Of a stretch of 64,000 bases of DNA, positions 37,197 through 51,144 are shown in pieces. The translations under genes and the position numbers were made by a program. The notes under the pieces are model-generated. The model saw only the letters and a program-made list of their open reading frames with translations, was not told where the DNA came from and ran no database searches. The stretch covers positions 77,996,001 to 78,060,000 of the forward strand of contig OZ286474.1 of NCBI GenBank assembly GCA_965644265.1. The letters run 5' to 3'. The DNA is from Glycera tridactyla (taxonomy: Eukaryota). How positions within the stretch are numbered: the stretch's first letter is position 1; every line of letters starts with the position of its first letter.

Positions 37197-40100
37197 TGAN
37201 NNNNNNNNNNNNNNNNNNNNNNNNNNNNNNNNNNNNNNNNNNNNNNNNNNNNNNNNNNNNNNNNNNNNNNNNNNNNNNNNNNNNNNNNNNNNNNNNNNNN
37301 NNNNNNNNNNNNNNNNNNNNNNNNNNNNNNNNNNGAACAGCATTAACAGGATCCGCCGTCTATGACAAAATCGTCATCAAACCGTATTCATATGATACGG
37401 AAATCATATATTCAGTTCTTATCCCGAATTGAGTAGGAGTCACTACCATTTCTATTCACACGGAAAAAGCAATTATCATGACTATGAATCATGTCACATT
37501 AACGGTATTGTGTGCCTTGCATGCCTTCTAACCAGCTTTTATATGAACATGATGGAGACCCATCTGGTAATGATCATCTCGTGTTACGGCGTCTTTGAGG
37601 GCATATGCGAAGCAATCATCTATATTTCGTAATAAACTCACACAGTTCAGTAATATGAACACCACAAATATGCAATGGACATAACAAGGTGATGATGTAC
37701 GCGTATTCTTGTCACCGATCGATCTCTGTGATGAAACAGAAGAATGTGATGTATTCGTGAATCAGTACTTTGGAAGTGATTCTAATTGATTGCTGCTGTT
37801 GAAGATGCTGGGATGCCGTTGACGCCTTGTTGTCAGCATCCTCGAAGATGTAACGCCATGGCAACGTTGGAGGATGGCTCCGTGAGACAAATGATGGGAG
37901 TTTCGGGCGGTTCTTTTGCAAGCTTCCAACACCTATTAACTTCGTTTTATGGCAACTTGATACCCACCTCTGACGTGCCTAATGCTTTTCTTGAAAAATA
38001 CCGAATAGATACTACGACACTGAATCAACCATTACAACAAAATCCATCGTATCTGATCGGTCTTCTTCTTGGTACCCCCGAGTGGGTCATTCATTGAGAT
38101 CGTGCCTGAATGAAGATGTTATGGAGATGTCGAGTTTCTCGATTCTTTGGTGCTTTTTTGCATTTGGTGTATCTGGTTGTATTCGGTAATTTGTGTAAGG
38201 TGTGTAATAGTAGGTTTGATTGGCGTCGAGGGAGTAATCTGGCCGCTAGGTGTCTCTGGCTGAGGCAGAATCAGCTGGTGCCAACATTCAATTCAACCAG
38301 TTGAACATCTGTGAGTCTCCTCCCTAATCTAACTTCACTAACACACTTCTCTAAAATAAGGATTCCATCTTGCCAACCGCCAATTCAAAACTGTTTCGAC
38401 ATGACCAATAGAAGAAAAAGGATGGCATGATAGCTGACGAATGGGGCTCACTTCTATTGGATTGCTCAATTCAGAAGAATGACTGGAAGTTAATTACCAT
38501 CTTTCTATGAGAGTCATTTTTAGAAATATATGTAGAAGTAGCCTCCTCATTATGCTCGGTTTTGTATTGTTGTGAATAGCAAAACCTATCAAGAGCTGAT
38601 GTCATTATAATGAAGAATCACCGAGAGCTCATTATTGTGATATTACTTGTATGAATCGTTTACAATAATAGATCGTTTGATTATCTTGAAACAATGATTC
38701 TATTTCTCGTGTTATCGTGAATGTATTGTGAGATGCTGTACAAATATTGATTCACCGAAAGGTCATACTTGTGTTTTGGTTATTCTTTGTCATTGCGCTA
38801 GAAATTTACTTATATCATATGAATAGAAATGACCGATTGTACACGCTAATGTATTTATTTGAATTGTGAATTTTGAGTATTGAAACCTCGAAGTATTTTT
38901 GAGGCCTCACATCACCGCCGTAGTATCTTCCTGTAGTAATCAAGTCGGAGATACCTAGTTTCTCTCACTTCATTGAGTGTGTGTGTGTGTGGGGGGGGGG
39001 GATCAACATCGCGTTCTGCAAATATGTGTTAGCACTTCCGGACCAGGAGATTTCTCTTATCGGTTCGGTGAGCTCAGCAAATTGTGTGGTTTGAGATGGC
39101 TTCTCATCTTATTCCGCGGATTGATCCGCTAACAAGATTTGTATTTCGATTTCTAAAAAGGTTATAAGATTGCAAATTGAAGCTTAACAGAACATCAACT
39201 AATCCCAAAAACTTTGTGAAGCTCTCCTTGCTTGCCTCAGTGGCAGATTGATGAATATGATGCAGGAAACACTTTCTCAACCTGATTTAATGGCGTGCTG
39301 GTTATCATACGGGATAGATTGTAAATGTACTGTGAGGGCCTCGAGAATCACTCGTCTATTCGATTGAATACTGTCTGAGAGATAGAGTCGCAGTTTTGAT
39401 CATATTTTCCCACCTACCTCAGTGAAGAGGGGCTGATCTGGTAGCTATGGGTCTTGAACATAGTCATCCATTGTCTGATGACGAGATCAATATTCTGTGA
39501 CCTTGAAGCTGAGAATCGACTCATTTTGCACATTATGGACTCACAAGTTCCATCGTCCATTCATCCGAGTCATGGTGTTCGAGTAATTCATCTGCAACAA
39601 CTCATGGGGGATATTTCGAGGGTCCTGAGTAATCCCTTGGTTGAAAAAAAAAGATTTTTAGGAACCTCATATCAGCTATGAAAGAAATCCGCATTCGTTG
39701 AAACTGTAGAATGTCTACATAGGTCTGGTGCTACAGGTAAAATTGTCGAGCTGTGAGCTATCTCCACTCGAGAGCCTTCCCAGTTACCCAACATTTCGTG
39801 TTCAATGTTTTGGAGTTATGATCGCAAGGGACAGGGCACCCGGCTCGCGAGAACACACGGCATATATGATCAACTGGCTTGATATCTAACGTTGAGCTCC
39901 ACCCAACCATTGAATTTGACTGCTTTCCAGACCAGATGTAACATTAGCAACAAACCTACTGCGGTCCAGACAATAATTCACCGACATGTTGGATAGAAGA
40001 CTACCCGCAAATGTATGGTGAATGTAAGTAGGCCATAAAGAGGCAGAAGTCACGGTGTCCCCTAGTGCGAACTACTACCTCCCTTACTTTTGAGTCAGAG

Positions 40101-40614
40101 ATTGATTGCCTTGGATCGGATTCACCAGAAGCTGGCGATGGCTATTTTGAGACTTTCGAGATGTTTGAGGCTATATGTAGTATATGAAACCAGCCCGAAG
40201 CGCAATGTGATACCCTGGCGAAGAGAGGCATCATAAAGAGACTGTCGGCCACCGGAAAAAGGTCTCTGACCGGGACGTCGCATAAAAAGCAAGTACATCC
40301 GTCGCTGGAGACGTCGTACTAAGGCACTGACTGCCTGGTCACCACATGCCTGCATACCCGTATTCATACACTCTCGGAAATTGACGTATGACATCCTTAC
40401 TTTGCATGATCCATATTCGCATAGATTCCTGCATTTGTGAATGCAAGCGTCACAACAGCCATGCAATTCAGGATCAAGATTCAGGCACTACGGTGCTCAG
40501 CTGAAAAGGTTTGTTAACCGCTCTGAGCAGTGTTCCTGCTCAGACGGGTCACTGAAATGAATAATCACCTAGCCAAAGTAGATAATTCCGTGTTTGTGAC
40601 TGTGCACTCCTCAG

Positions 40615-40662
40615 GGGGTGAGAAAGCCTCGAGTTTGGACAGGCTCGTTGAGGAATCCAATG
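40615..40662 (+). CDS. Possible 48-nt symmetric micro-exon (GEKASSLDRLVEESN)
   Basis: It has acceptor tgtgcactcctcag| and donor ATG|gtaagg, with an open phase 1-1 frame. No homology is recognised. Confidence 0.2.
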
Positions 40663-42177
40663 GTAAGGCCAGGTGAACTCGATGACGATACGAGAATATG
40701 AACAGCCACATGTGAATTTCGCATCCACGTATCAAACCAGCTCACAATGCTTACACTCGAATATCCATGAAATGTGCCCTATTCTCAAACACAACTTTTG
40801 TCTGCTCGTGAGGCTATGATCTCGAGGTAAGGCGCCCACCGCCAACGAGACACTGCCAGTACCCCTAAAGTTTGCGCCACAGAATCATGCTTGAAACACA
40901 CTCGTACAAACCTAAAACACACAAGAAGGACTTATACCGAGTAAAGATGTTACCTCGGACATATGTTGATACTCACACCATCCCAAAATGAACAATTACA
41001 CAAACGCAAAAATCAAACCCAAACACATACAAAGACATACGCCCATTATGCACATACGGGTCCTCAAGATATGTAACACTACGAACCGAACGTAGTTTGA
41101 ATGATGATTGCATCTCTCAGAGTAACAACTTCTGGTTCACTGAGACATGTCTGCATGGCGACACACATCCCTCATTACCGCGAACCATAGCAGTGTTGAG
41201 AATATACAAGGGGCCCCTCAATCACACAACTCCCTGTATGCATCACCCTAAATCCTACCTCTACGCCCTGAATCATGAGTTCATGTCAGAGTGTTGATGC
41301 TCTCAGGTGTGATTTCCATTGATTCCTGCTACGATGAATCATTCTGTAATTGGTTTTCGATTGCCAGAAGGCAACCCGACAAAGGCTCGACTGATTGATC
41401 GATTACATGATATATTGATCAATCAATCGACGAAGTATTGTCAAGGAATTTTGAATCATCTCCAGATATCTCAAGTGTTACACTCATCATCACGGAATGA
41501 TACAGATATCGTGTGATATTCCAATACAAAAGAATGCAAATCACAAACTGACCGACACTGATGACGTCTCGAATATTATCACATGGATGTGCCATTTTCG
41601 GTGAAGGATCAGGTGTTGAGTATTGCGTGTGATACTTCACAGCTGGTTGGGAACTCCTTTTTGATGATTTCTCCTGTGATCTATGTGATAAAAGCAAGAC
41701 TATATAGACCGTGAGGTGAAAATGCAATACCAAACTTGAAGTGAATTTCTCCAGATGTCACTCAGCCTTCGGCCTCGTGACATTTGGTGAAATTCACACC
41801 TTGTTTGATATTGCGTTTTTACTTCACAGCCATATAGTCTTGTAATAGTATATCATATATACCAAAATATCAGATTGGACTGTATTGTTTTCAGAAGACT
41901 TCTTCTTTTGCATTCATGTCTGTTTATCGGCATGTTTATTCTTTTTTGTATGTTTCGCCGTCGACTCATGTATTTGTGTTCTGTATCAAGGAGTAAGTGA
42001 AGGTCACTTCAATTGTTTGTTTTGAGTATAAGAGTTCATAAATTAATCTACATTTCATACTCAAACCCATCGGAATCATGTATCTACAATTTCATAAATG
42101 TCCACCTGCATTTAGGTAACCAGAGAGAGGAGTCTTGAGTCATGCAAACCATGTCCATAACATGTGCGTCTCCATTA

Positions 42178-42191
42178 GGCCTAGATGGCGC
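42178..42191 (+). promoter_or_regulatory. CTCF-like motif
   Basis: GGCCTAGATGGCGC carries the CTAGATGGCGC core and sits inside a short inverted repeat, ccattag...ctaatgg. Confidence 0.35.
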
Positions 42192-42849
42192 TAATGGGGC
42201 GGGAACTTACCAGCCAGAACACTCAAATGAATGAAGAGAAGCAAGGCATCACTTATGATGACTAATCCATCAATGGAATAAATCTAGGTGCACATTTTGA
42301 GTCAGACAGGGATGCACTTTTAGATCCAAATCTTTTGTCGACTTGGCAAATGGGATATGGGGAATGGTCGAAGATAGGATGTAGCAGTTTGATAATTTAT
42401 TACAGTCGTTGCAAGGGGTTGTATTATAATGCTCGATTTGGCCGGGATGGCAGAGCTATTAACACACCAACGGCGTGCCATATCTTGGTTTGGCCTCCAT
42501 TTCATGTCTCATTGACTCTGATCGTATCAGCTCGTACATTCCACTTGTACACTATCGATCCTGAGGGACCGTTTCTCTAGTCTGGCCCAGTTTCAGACTC
42601 TCAGCACCCCCTGACAGAATCAAGGCATGTGATGGTGGCTCCATATATAGGGGCGTATCGCTGTTACAGTGAACCGTCGCCTCAACATCGAAGAGCAGAT
42701 GAGAGTGCCTTGGTCGAGCAAGGTTTCCTATTTGTCAGTCTACTTATGTGGTCATTGTCTGTTTGTCTGTCCGTCTGCCCGTACGTCTGTCTCTTCGCCC
42801 ATTTGTCTGTCTGTCTGAAAGTCACTCGCTCCTGCTCTTCCACTTCCCA

Positions 42850-42857
<8 letters not shown>

Positions 42858-42894
<37 letters not shown>

Positions 42895-42920
42895 TCTCTC
42901 TCTCTCCCTCTCTCTCTGTC
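42858..42920. repeat. (TC)n microsatellite
   Basis: Read directly from the sequence; it explains the RE-repeat in ORF 42682-43638. Confidence 0.95.
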
Positions 42921-45900
42921 TTTCTGTCTGCCTATCGTCTCTCATCTCTTTCTCGATATTTGCCTCGATATTTTCTTTCGATCCGAATGGGAATGAAGAT
43001 ACAAGCAAGATACTATATGAAAGATACAATAAATATATCTGATTGATACTACGGGGTAATCTGTGTCTGATGAGCGTGCATGAATTTAGGTTGAGGGACA
43101 TTTTCTGAGGGTTAGTGTGGGAGGTTGACAGTGTCAATCTACTGCTCAGCACACATGACCTAAATGTATAGATATTCAGTGTCACTATTAGAATATTGAG
43201 ATTATGGAGAAAGTTCCTGAACAGATTGACACTAGAAGCATATTTGAATATTTTCGGATTCAGAAGATGTAAGTCCTGGGCACGTTTGTCCAGTACTGCT
43301 GACTGAATCATGTGTGTAAGTCTCTCTGCTGTGTGCACAAAAACGAATATTCTAGTTTTGGAAGTAGTTGGCTTGTACCCTGACAGGAGTGTTTTTTTTC
43401 TTCGGTCAATGGTGTTTTCATCCGAGGAAAATAACGGAATGCAAAATAAAAACGAAGTAAGAACAGTAATCATGCATGACGTGATGAATGTGAAAGATCC
43501 CGTCTGTAATTTTGCCATATGGGGAGGCCGATCCCGAACAGATAATTTTTCAGGAGAAAAAACAACCTCAAAAAACACCAAATCACAAAAACAACCAATC
43601 ACAGAGATGGTGGCATTCATTATATCCAAAAACGACATATATTCTTCATATATTGTAATTCTTCAAATCTCATATACTCCTGCCTGAGTTGATGATACAT
43701 TTATCAATACTCAATCAATGAATCAAACAATTTAACAATCATTACCGAGAAGCATACCAGATCTGAGCAATCGGCTGCTCGTGGGTTACCCTCAACAATA
43801 AATGAGCTTTTGATCGGGGAAGGCTGTGTGCCCACTCATGTGGCTTATCATCCCTGATTAATCTCTTGCTATAGCAACCGAATACAGCACGTGCAGCTTC
43901 CCGCCAGATGTCACTTCGTGGTCTCTTTTACTCTTACTCTCACTGTGACTCTCACTCAGTTCGACTTTGTCTCTGACACTGACTCTCCTTCTTTTTTCTT
44001 ACTCCAACTCCCTCTTCTCTATAGTTCTCTCCAACTATCCTCCTCCAATTCGTTTCTCTCACTTTTTCTCTCGGTAAGGGAATGTAATTGTACATGTGTT
44101 GATTGATTGAGAGATGTCCAACATGTCTTCAATCCAGATGAGTTTAGATGTGACCGAATGGTGGATGAGAACTCAAACATGATGTCCATTTTTCTATTTG
44201 GACGTGCAACATACTATTGAACATCATGACAAAACCAGATGGTAAAAGAGCATGAAACATCAATATCCGCATTCACGTACACACTCAATCACAACACACA
44301 GATATGCACAACACACACGCCCATCCAATCGCACAAACACATATCAGTTTGACACACATGTATACAGGGGAAGAGATAGTCTTCCAGTGGTGATGGGTGG
44401 ATGAATGTTGCGAGCGGCTGAATGCATGTATACAAGCTGCTCACATAGATACTGGATGCCGGGCTCACTGGGTGTGAACTGATCGAATAATGGACGGCCA
44501 GGATTAGCCAGATTACTCGCTGCTCACGCACCTATTGTATTCACACTTGCAGATCACACGCCGAACTCACTTGTCAGATTCTCCCAGTCATTGTTCACGG
44601 GGCCACTCGACGGTCGACAAGCATTAGTACAATGGGTCGCTGATACAGGGCAGATGATGGAGGTTCCGATGTGCTGTCCTGGTTGGAGTTCCATCTTTAC
44701 AAGATTGAAATGACAAATGATACTCATGCCACTGATACTATATGCTATCCACGCTTTGAACACTTCNNNNNNNNNNNNNNNNNNNNNNNNNNNNNNNNNN
44801 NNNNNNNNNNNNNNNNNNNNNNNNNNNNNNNNNNNNNNNNNNNNNNNNNNNNNNNNNNNNNNNNNNNNNNNNNNNNNNNNNNNNNNNNNNNNNNNNNNNN
44901 NNNNNNNNNNNNNNNNNNNNNNNNNNNNNNNNNNNNNNNNNNNNNNNNNNNNNNNNNNNNNNNNNNNNNNNNNNNNNNNNNNNNNNNNNNNNNNNNNNNN
45001 NNNNNNNNNNNNNNNNNNNNNNNNNNNNNNNNNNNNNNNNNNNNNNNNNNNNNNNNNNNNNNNNNNNNNNNNNNNNNNNNNNNNNNNNNNNNNNNNNNNN
45101 NNNNNNNNNNNNNNNNNNNNNNNNNNTATCTTATTACATACGCCTGTGTACCTCCCACAGTTGTCTTGCTACCCATAGCTTACCTTCAGATGCAGGCTCC
45201 AGTCTACACAATATTCGTCTGTATCATTTCACTCAGCAGAACTTCAAACCTAATCGTATCATCTCGAATATCAAGCCGCATCATAACAGTTGCAACACCA
45301 CATACCATTTCCTCCCACGATGTCACCGTATTCACTTGAAATAATCGTTCAAATTTCCTTCACATTCAAACATGATCATCATCTCAACCCCTCCAGCATC
45401 CTTTGTGCAAGCAGTGCAGCTCGTATGTCATCAACTAACGGCAAACACGGGGGATGTATCTGGGTAAAACCTGTTTGTGTCAGATGTTGTATTCTCGCGG
45501 TGTATAATCCAAGGGCTAGGCGGCATGCTATGCCGGGGTATGTGCAGCAAGAGATTGTGCTATGTGCCTAATTGATTTTGCTAATTAGAAGAGAGCATTA
45601 CACGACTTGGATCACCCAGGTGTCATATATGCTTGACAAACATCACGCACCTACCGACGGATTATATCACCAACCCTGTATCAATATGGACCAATCTGTC
45701 ACCCATCGCACAAGATTCTGTTGTGATCCTAGTAATCATTTCTGGTAGATTTAATCACGCTGAATCTGCACCCCGTCAGTGCATACCCCCCAAGCTTAAT
45801 TTTGAGTTCATTATGACAATTGAGAAAATGGACATTTTACATATTGACAGCTGAGAATTTGAAACGAATTTGAAACCAATAATGCAGGGATGAATGCGGA

Positions 45901-47903
45901 TTTGATCATTCAGTTCGAATTGAATCGATCAGATTGAATCTGTAGATATTCACACAGTGTTGGAGTGTGAATTCCAAGTGTGAGTTCCACGTTTCATTTC
46001 AAGTAGGGTCAATTTGGTTCAAGCCATAACCAACCACGCAGTGATATCCGGGGTATTTCAAAATCCATTTCAAGAAGAATCTATCCAGTTCAATATGTAA
46101 CTAATCTCAATCATTCATTCATGTCAAATACATTAATAATTACACATCGACAACCGTGAATTTCGGACTTTTTGTGGAGTAGGATTCATCGGGTCGAACT
46201 GTGACTCTGTATGTCGGCTCAAATCTCGAGAAAGGTCGATTAAGTTGAATCTTGACCCGTATCTCACAGCGAAATCTGTGTATCCAATCATGTACCTAAA
46301 TCCGTGTTATAAGGCAACATTGTAAGCAGGAAAGATTAGGATGAGGGTGCAAGCAGGAGCCATGAATCAAGCACAACCTTTCATCTTCCAGCAAACCGAT
46401 CACATTGAGTGAGTAACGTCATATTGTCCCGATCAAAGAATAATATTTTCAATCCATGGAGACCAGTCAGATATGAATATTTTGATTGAGCATTTCCTCT
46501 GAACCAAAATGTGCCTGGGTAAATTTTGAAAAAATGCGAGGAAAGGTCATGAACTCATGTTCGAATCTCCGTTCGGCATCATAAATATGCCTTGAAAATA
46601 TTCTCCATTTTGAAGGAGTCTTGTATTCACTCATTCCACACTGCCCATTTGGTGTTCTATGCGCCAATCACACACATGCAGCGATTCACATATTCAGCTA
46701 TCGACTTCTGGACCATTAGTTCCATTAATGGTGGATAATTGGGAGAGATCTGCAGATGAATGTTGCTATGGTAATGGACTCTCGCTCTTCACAAGTAACT
46801 CTAATTCTGCCAGCGAGCGCCTAGATAACATTTTTATGACGTTATAGCTGGTGAGATGGTGATGACGTAACCCTTGGCAATAACCCGGCTGTAAACGTCA
46901 CAAGATATTATCGCGAGCCATATCACCACCATCAAGAGAACATCAGAGAATCGCTAGGTTTCCGCCCTTAATTTCCGCCTATCCGAGGGCTTTGCGTTTC
47001 CACGATATACAGGAGCGCTAGAGTGGAACAATCGTTTCTCAAAGACATTTCAAAAGCTGATCAGAAGCACTCGATATACGGTGTCCGTCTTCTTTCATGT
47101 GCTGTGCTTCACTGAAGAGGAAAACATTGCTATCAGGCCTGAGTGTCCGCATGCAGCCATCCTGAGGCTCTTTGGATTTTGTTGAGTGGTTAGAGGTGTG
47201 TCTGAACTGTCAGCTAGTTCTACTTGACAATTTCTCAGGTTCCCGTAAACTTGTGTTCAAGGTTCGTGTACGTGATGCCAGCTAGCGCTAACCTGAAGCA
47301 CACGGCATACATGATCCATTGAGGTGCATGCTGTTCAACCTCAAACGAATAAAAACAAAATCCGTCATCACGGGCAATTGCTGTATTTCGGTCCATAATT
47401 TTCGCAAGTCCTGGGGTGAGTGGATTGCCATGTATGGGTATGGGGATCAAACAAGCGATGATCACGACCACAGATCACATATGATTCATTGGGGCTCAAG
47501 GAGGCCATCAAGGGCCTAGCAATGCCGATAGGATTGACAGAAATATAAGATGTAGAACAATTCGAGACGGATTTGTCATCACAGCTTTCATTAAGTGTCC
47601 GATATATTTTACTTGTTTCAGGTGAGGTGTTGACCATGTCGTCATGCCAGTTGAGTATGTTTTCTTCTATGAGAGAGACTGTATTCTACGGTTGGAGTTA
47701 CATTGCCCATTTCATCTCATGCATAAATTGTTCAAATGCATCAAATCGTGATGGATTAAAAGTATTCTCGTGACCAGCTGACTGACGTTATCCCAATTCA
47801 GACTGGGAACTCTGAGTAGTGTTGGATAGTCCATCCCATCTGTGGGAGATAGTTGGATACCTGGTAAAATGCTGCTTGTTGATTGTTTGATCATCAAACT
47901 CAC

Positions 47904-47904
<1 letters not shown>

Positions 47905-47970
<66 letters not shown>

Positions 47971-47990
47971 TACACACACACACACACAAA
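47905..47990. repeat. (AC)n microsatellite followed by (GACA)-rich repeats to ~48120
   Basis: Read directly from the sequence. Confidence 0.95.
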
Positions 47991-48508
47991 CAGATAGACA
48001 GAGGGAGAGGGAAGAAGAGGGAGAGCAAATGAGGAGGGAAAGCGAATGAGTTTGAGACGGACAGACAGACAGACAGACACACAGACAGACAGACACGTAG
48101 ACAGACAGACTCAAAGACAGATTGAAATAGAGACAGACGAAGATACTGGATGGTGGAAGGAAAAGAGAAATAGATAGACGAGTTAGGCTTAAATTTGGAT
48201 ATCGTCTATTACCTTTTTTAAAAAGGCACTTTGTTGCCAGGGACAGTGACGTGACACTGAAACAAATAGACGGACGGCAGGCAAACAGACACAGGAGGCC
48301 ACACAGAGGTGGCTGGCCGGATAACCAGACGGTGGGTAGACTTTTTTGCATTTTGCGAGTGCCGGTAGCATCATGTTATGTGTCGATAGATGTTATAGCT
48401 GGCACGAGAAACATCCACAATCAATAGTTGTTCTCCGACCATCATCTCTGCCAAGCTCTTTTTGTGCTGCTGTGATATCCGCCATATACCTGGCTAAGAC
48501 ACTCTCTA

Positions 48509-48522
48509 CCGCCACCTAGTGG
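48509..48522 (-). promoter_or_regulatory. Near-consensus CTCF motif
   Basis: The plus strand ccgccacctagtgg is CCACTAGGTGGCGG on the minus strand, matching the core consensus CCASYAGRKGGCRS. Confidence 0.5.
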
Positions 48523-49109
48523 ATGTTCTTTGTAATAAGTAGAGTCCATGTGCTTGCCAAGTCTTCACCCTACACCGCCTGCTTCGTGTCCCTTGTCTAA
48601 TTGACGGTCATTACCGAACTCACCTAACTATTGAGACAATCACCAGTAATGATAGCAATGTTTCCCTGATAAAGTAATTCACGATGTCCATTCAATATTC
48701 AAATGGGAAGTATTTCGTGATTGATCACTAGCTATTCCATATAACATATTAGATGCGATTTCAGCCTTTCTGTAGGATAGACAGAGTCCGTGTTTTTCAG
48801 CCGTTGCACTGGGTGATGCTGGTAGATTCTTTAGACAAATAACGGTTCTTTGATAGCATTGGCCATGTGGAGTATGTAACTGTCAGGCTGCCAAACAGCC
48901 GTTACGACCCAATGATATCAGTACTCCTTTATTCAGAGCGCCGGCTTCTCATCAAATGTACATTTGATACTAGGCAGCAGAGTGGACTATCAAGTTTTTT
49001 TCCTTCCCACAATGTGGCTAATCAAGGTATCCCTACAATTGAAACAGAGTCCTTAGTATCATCGAGTGATAGTGAGTCATTTTTTAATGAGATTATTTAG
49101 CTGCACTAT

Positions 49110-49910
49110 CACCACCATCATTTATTAATACTATCACGATGATCACCACAAACCACAACCATCGGGACCATCATCATCATCAGCATCATGAAGGTCTTAA
49201 CCATCATCACCACTACCAAGATGAACAGCACCCAAAGAGATCATTACTATAGTAATCCTAACCATCAAATCAGCCACACTACCACTAGTGCCGACGACCC
49301 TAACCATCACTCCACCATATTTCCCACCGTTCATCAAGCGCACCACCATCACTACGATGACCATCATCTAAGCAATCACTACAACCTTCATCACCACCAT
49401 CTTTCAGCCATATCACCATCCCTGCTACTCCCACAATGACCACTGAAATCCATCACTACCACCATGATCTCCACAATCGATTGAGAGAATATCACCACTG
49501 TCATCAGCACGATGACGACCAACCCCACTATGATCGCCATCATAAGTGAGCAACATTACCCGGCATCACTGACATCATTCTGACCACAGCCAATCAACAA
49601 GTCTTCTACCACTACCCTATTGACGATGACCACCATCACTGTCACCATCACTGTCACCTCTCACTCCAGTCGATCAGTAACACTGACACCATTGTCGCCT
49701 CTCCGATTTGTACCCTCTGACTTCATTCCTGCCACCATGATCCCCACCATCAGGGGCACTAACATCACCGCAAGTACCAGGATCACCATACAGCCACCAT
49801 AACCATAATCTTTAACCAGGAATAGGCAACACTACCACCACTATCATCACTGGTGATCACCCACAGAACCAATCATCACAAGCATGTTCATCATGACCGA
49901 CCAAGAACAC
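49110..49910. repeat. Low-complexity ATC/ACC-rich field
   Basis: A dense decayed cat/cac/acc triplet tract gives His/Thr-rich pseudo-ORFs. Confidence 0.85.
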
Positions 49911-49913
49911 TGG

Positions 49914-51144
49914 CAAGACCGCCGCCACCACAATATTCATCACGTCATTTAATCAATATCAACATGATCACCGCAACCAACCAGCGACATCACCAAGACC
50001 GCCGCCACCACAATATTCATCACGTCTTTTCATCAATATCATCATGATCACCGCAACCAACCAGCGACATCACCAAGACCGCCGCCACCACAATATTCAT
50101 CACGTCATTTTATCAATATCATCATGATCCTCACAACCAACCAGCGACATCACCAAGACTGCCGCCACCACAATATTCATCACGTCATTTTATCAATACC
50201 GTCATGATCCTCACAACCAACCAGCAACATCACCAAGACCGCCGCCACCACAATATTCATCACGTCATTTTATCAATATCATCATGATCCTCACAACCAA
50301 CCAGCGACATCACCAAGACTGCCGCCACCACAATATTCATCACGTCATTTTATCAATACCGTCATGATCCTCACAACCAACCAGCAACATCACCAAGACC
50401 GCCGCCACCACAATATTCATCACGTCATTTCATCAATATCATCATGATCCTCACAACCAACCAGCGACATCACCAAGACCGCCGCCACCACAATATTCAT
50501 CACGTCATTTTATCAATATCATCATGATCCTCACAACCAAACAGCAACATCATCAAGACCGCCGCCACCACAATATCCACCACGTCATTTCATCAATATC
50601 ATCATGATCACCGCAACCAACCAGCAACATCACCAAGACCGCCGCCACCAAAATATTCATCACGTCATTTTACCAATATCATCATGATCACCGCAACCAA
50701 CCAGCAACATCATCAAGACCGCCGCCACCACAACATTCATCACGTCATTTTATCAATATCAACATGATCACCGCAACCAACCAGCAACATCACCAAGACC
50801 GACGCCACCACAATATTCATCACGTCATTTTATCAATTTCATCATGATCCTCACAACCAACCAGCGACATCACCAAGACCGACGCCACCACAATATTCAT
50901 CACATCATTTTATCAATATCATCATGATCTTCGCAGCCAATCAGTGACATCACCAAGACTGCCGCCACCACAATATTCATCACATCTTTTCATCAATATC
51001 AACATGATCACCACAACCAATCAGCGACATCACCAAGACCGACGCCACCACAATATTCATCACGTCATTTTATCAATATCATCATGATCACTGCAACCAG
51101 CCAGCAACATCACCAAGACCGACGCCACCACAATATTCATCACG
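49914..51144. repeat. 80-bp tandem minisatellite, about 15 copies
   Basis: The unit is atcatgatcaccgcaaccaaccagcgacatcaccaagaccgccgccaccacaatattcatcacgtcattttatcaatatc. Units start every 80 bp from 49961 to 51081, with no indel seen. Confidence 0.98.

Noticed and set aside
40122-40466. Cys-rich 114-aa minus-strand ORF
   Set aside because: It has no signal peptide, no recognisable cysteine spacing and no convincing splice context.
42682-43638. Longest ORF (318 aa, minus strand)
   Set aside because: It runs through (GA)n/(GACA)n microsatellites, has no recognisable domain and overlaps an antisense ORF. A short stretch (KYASSVNLFRNFL) faintly resembles a LINE RT tail but is too weak to call.
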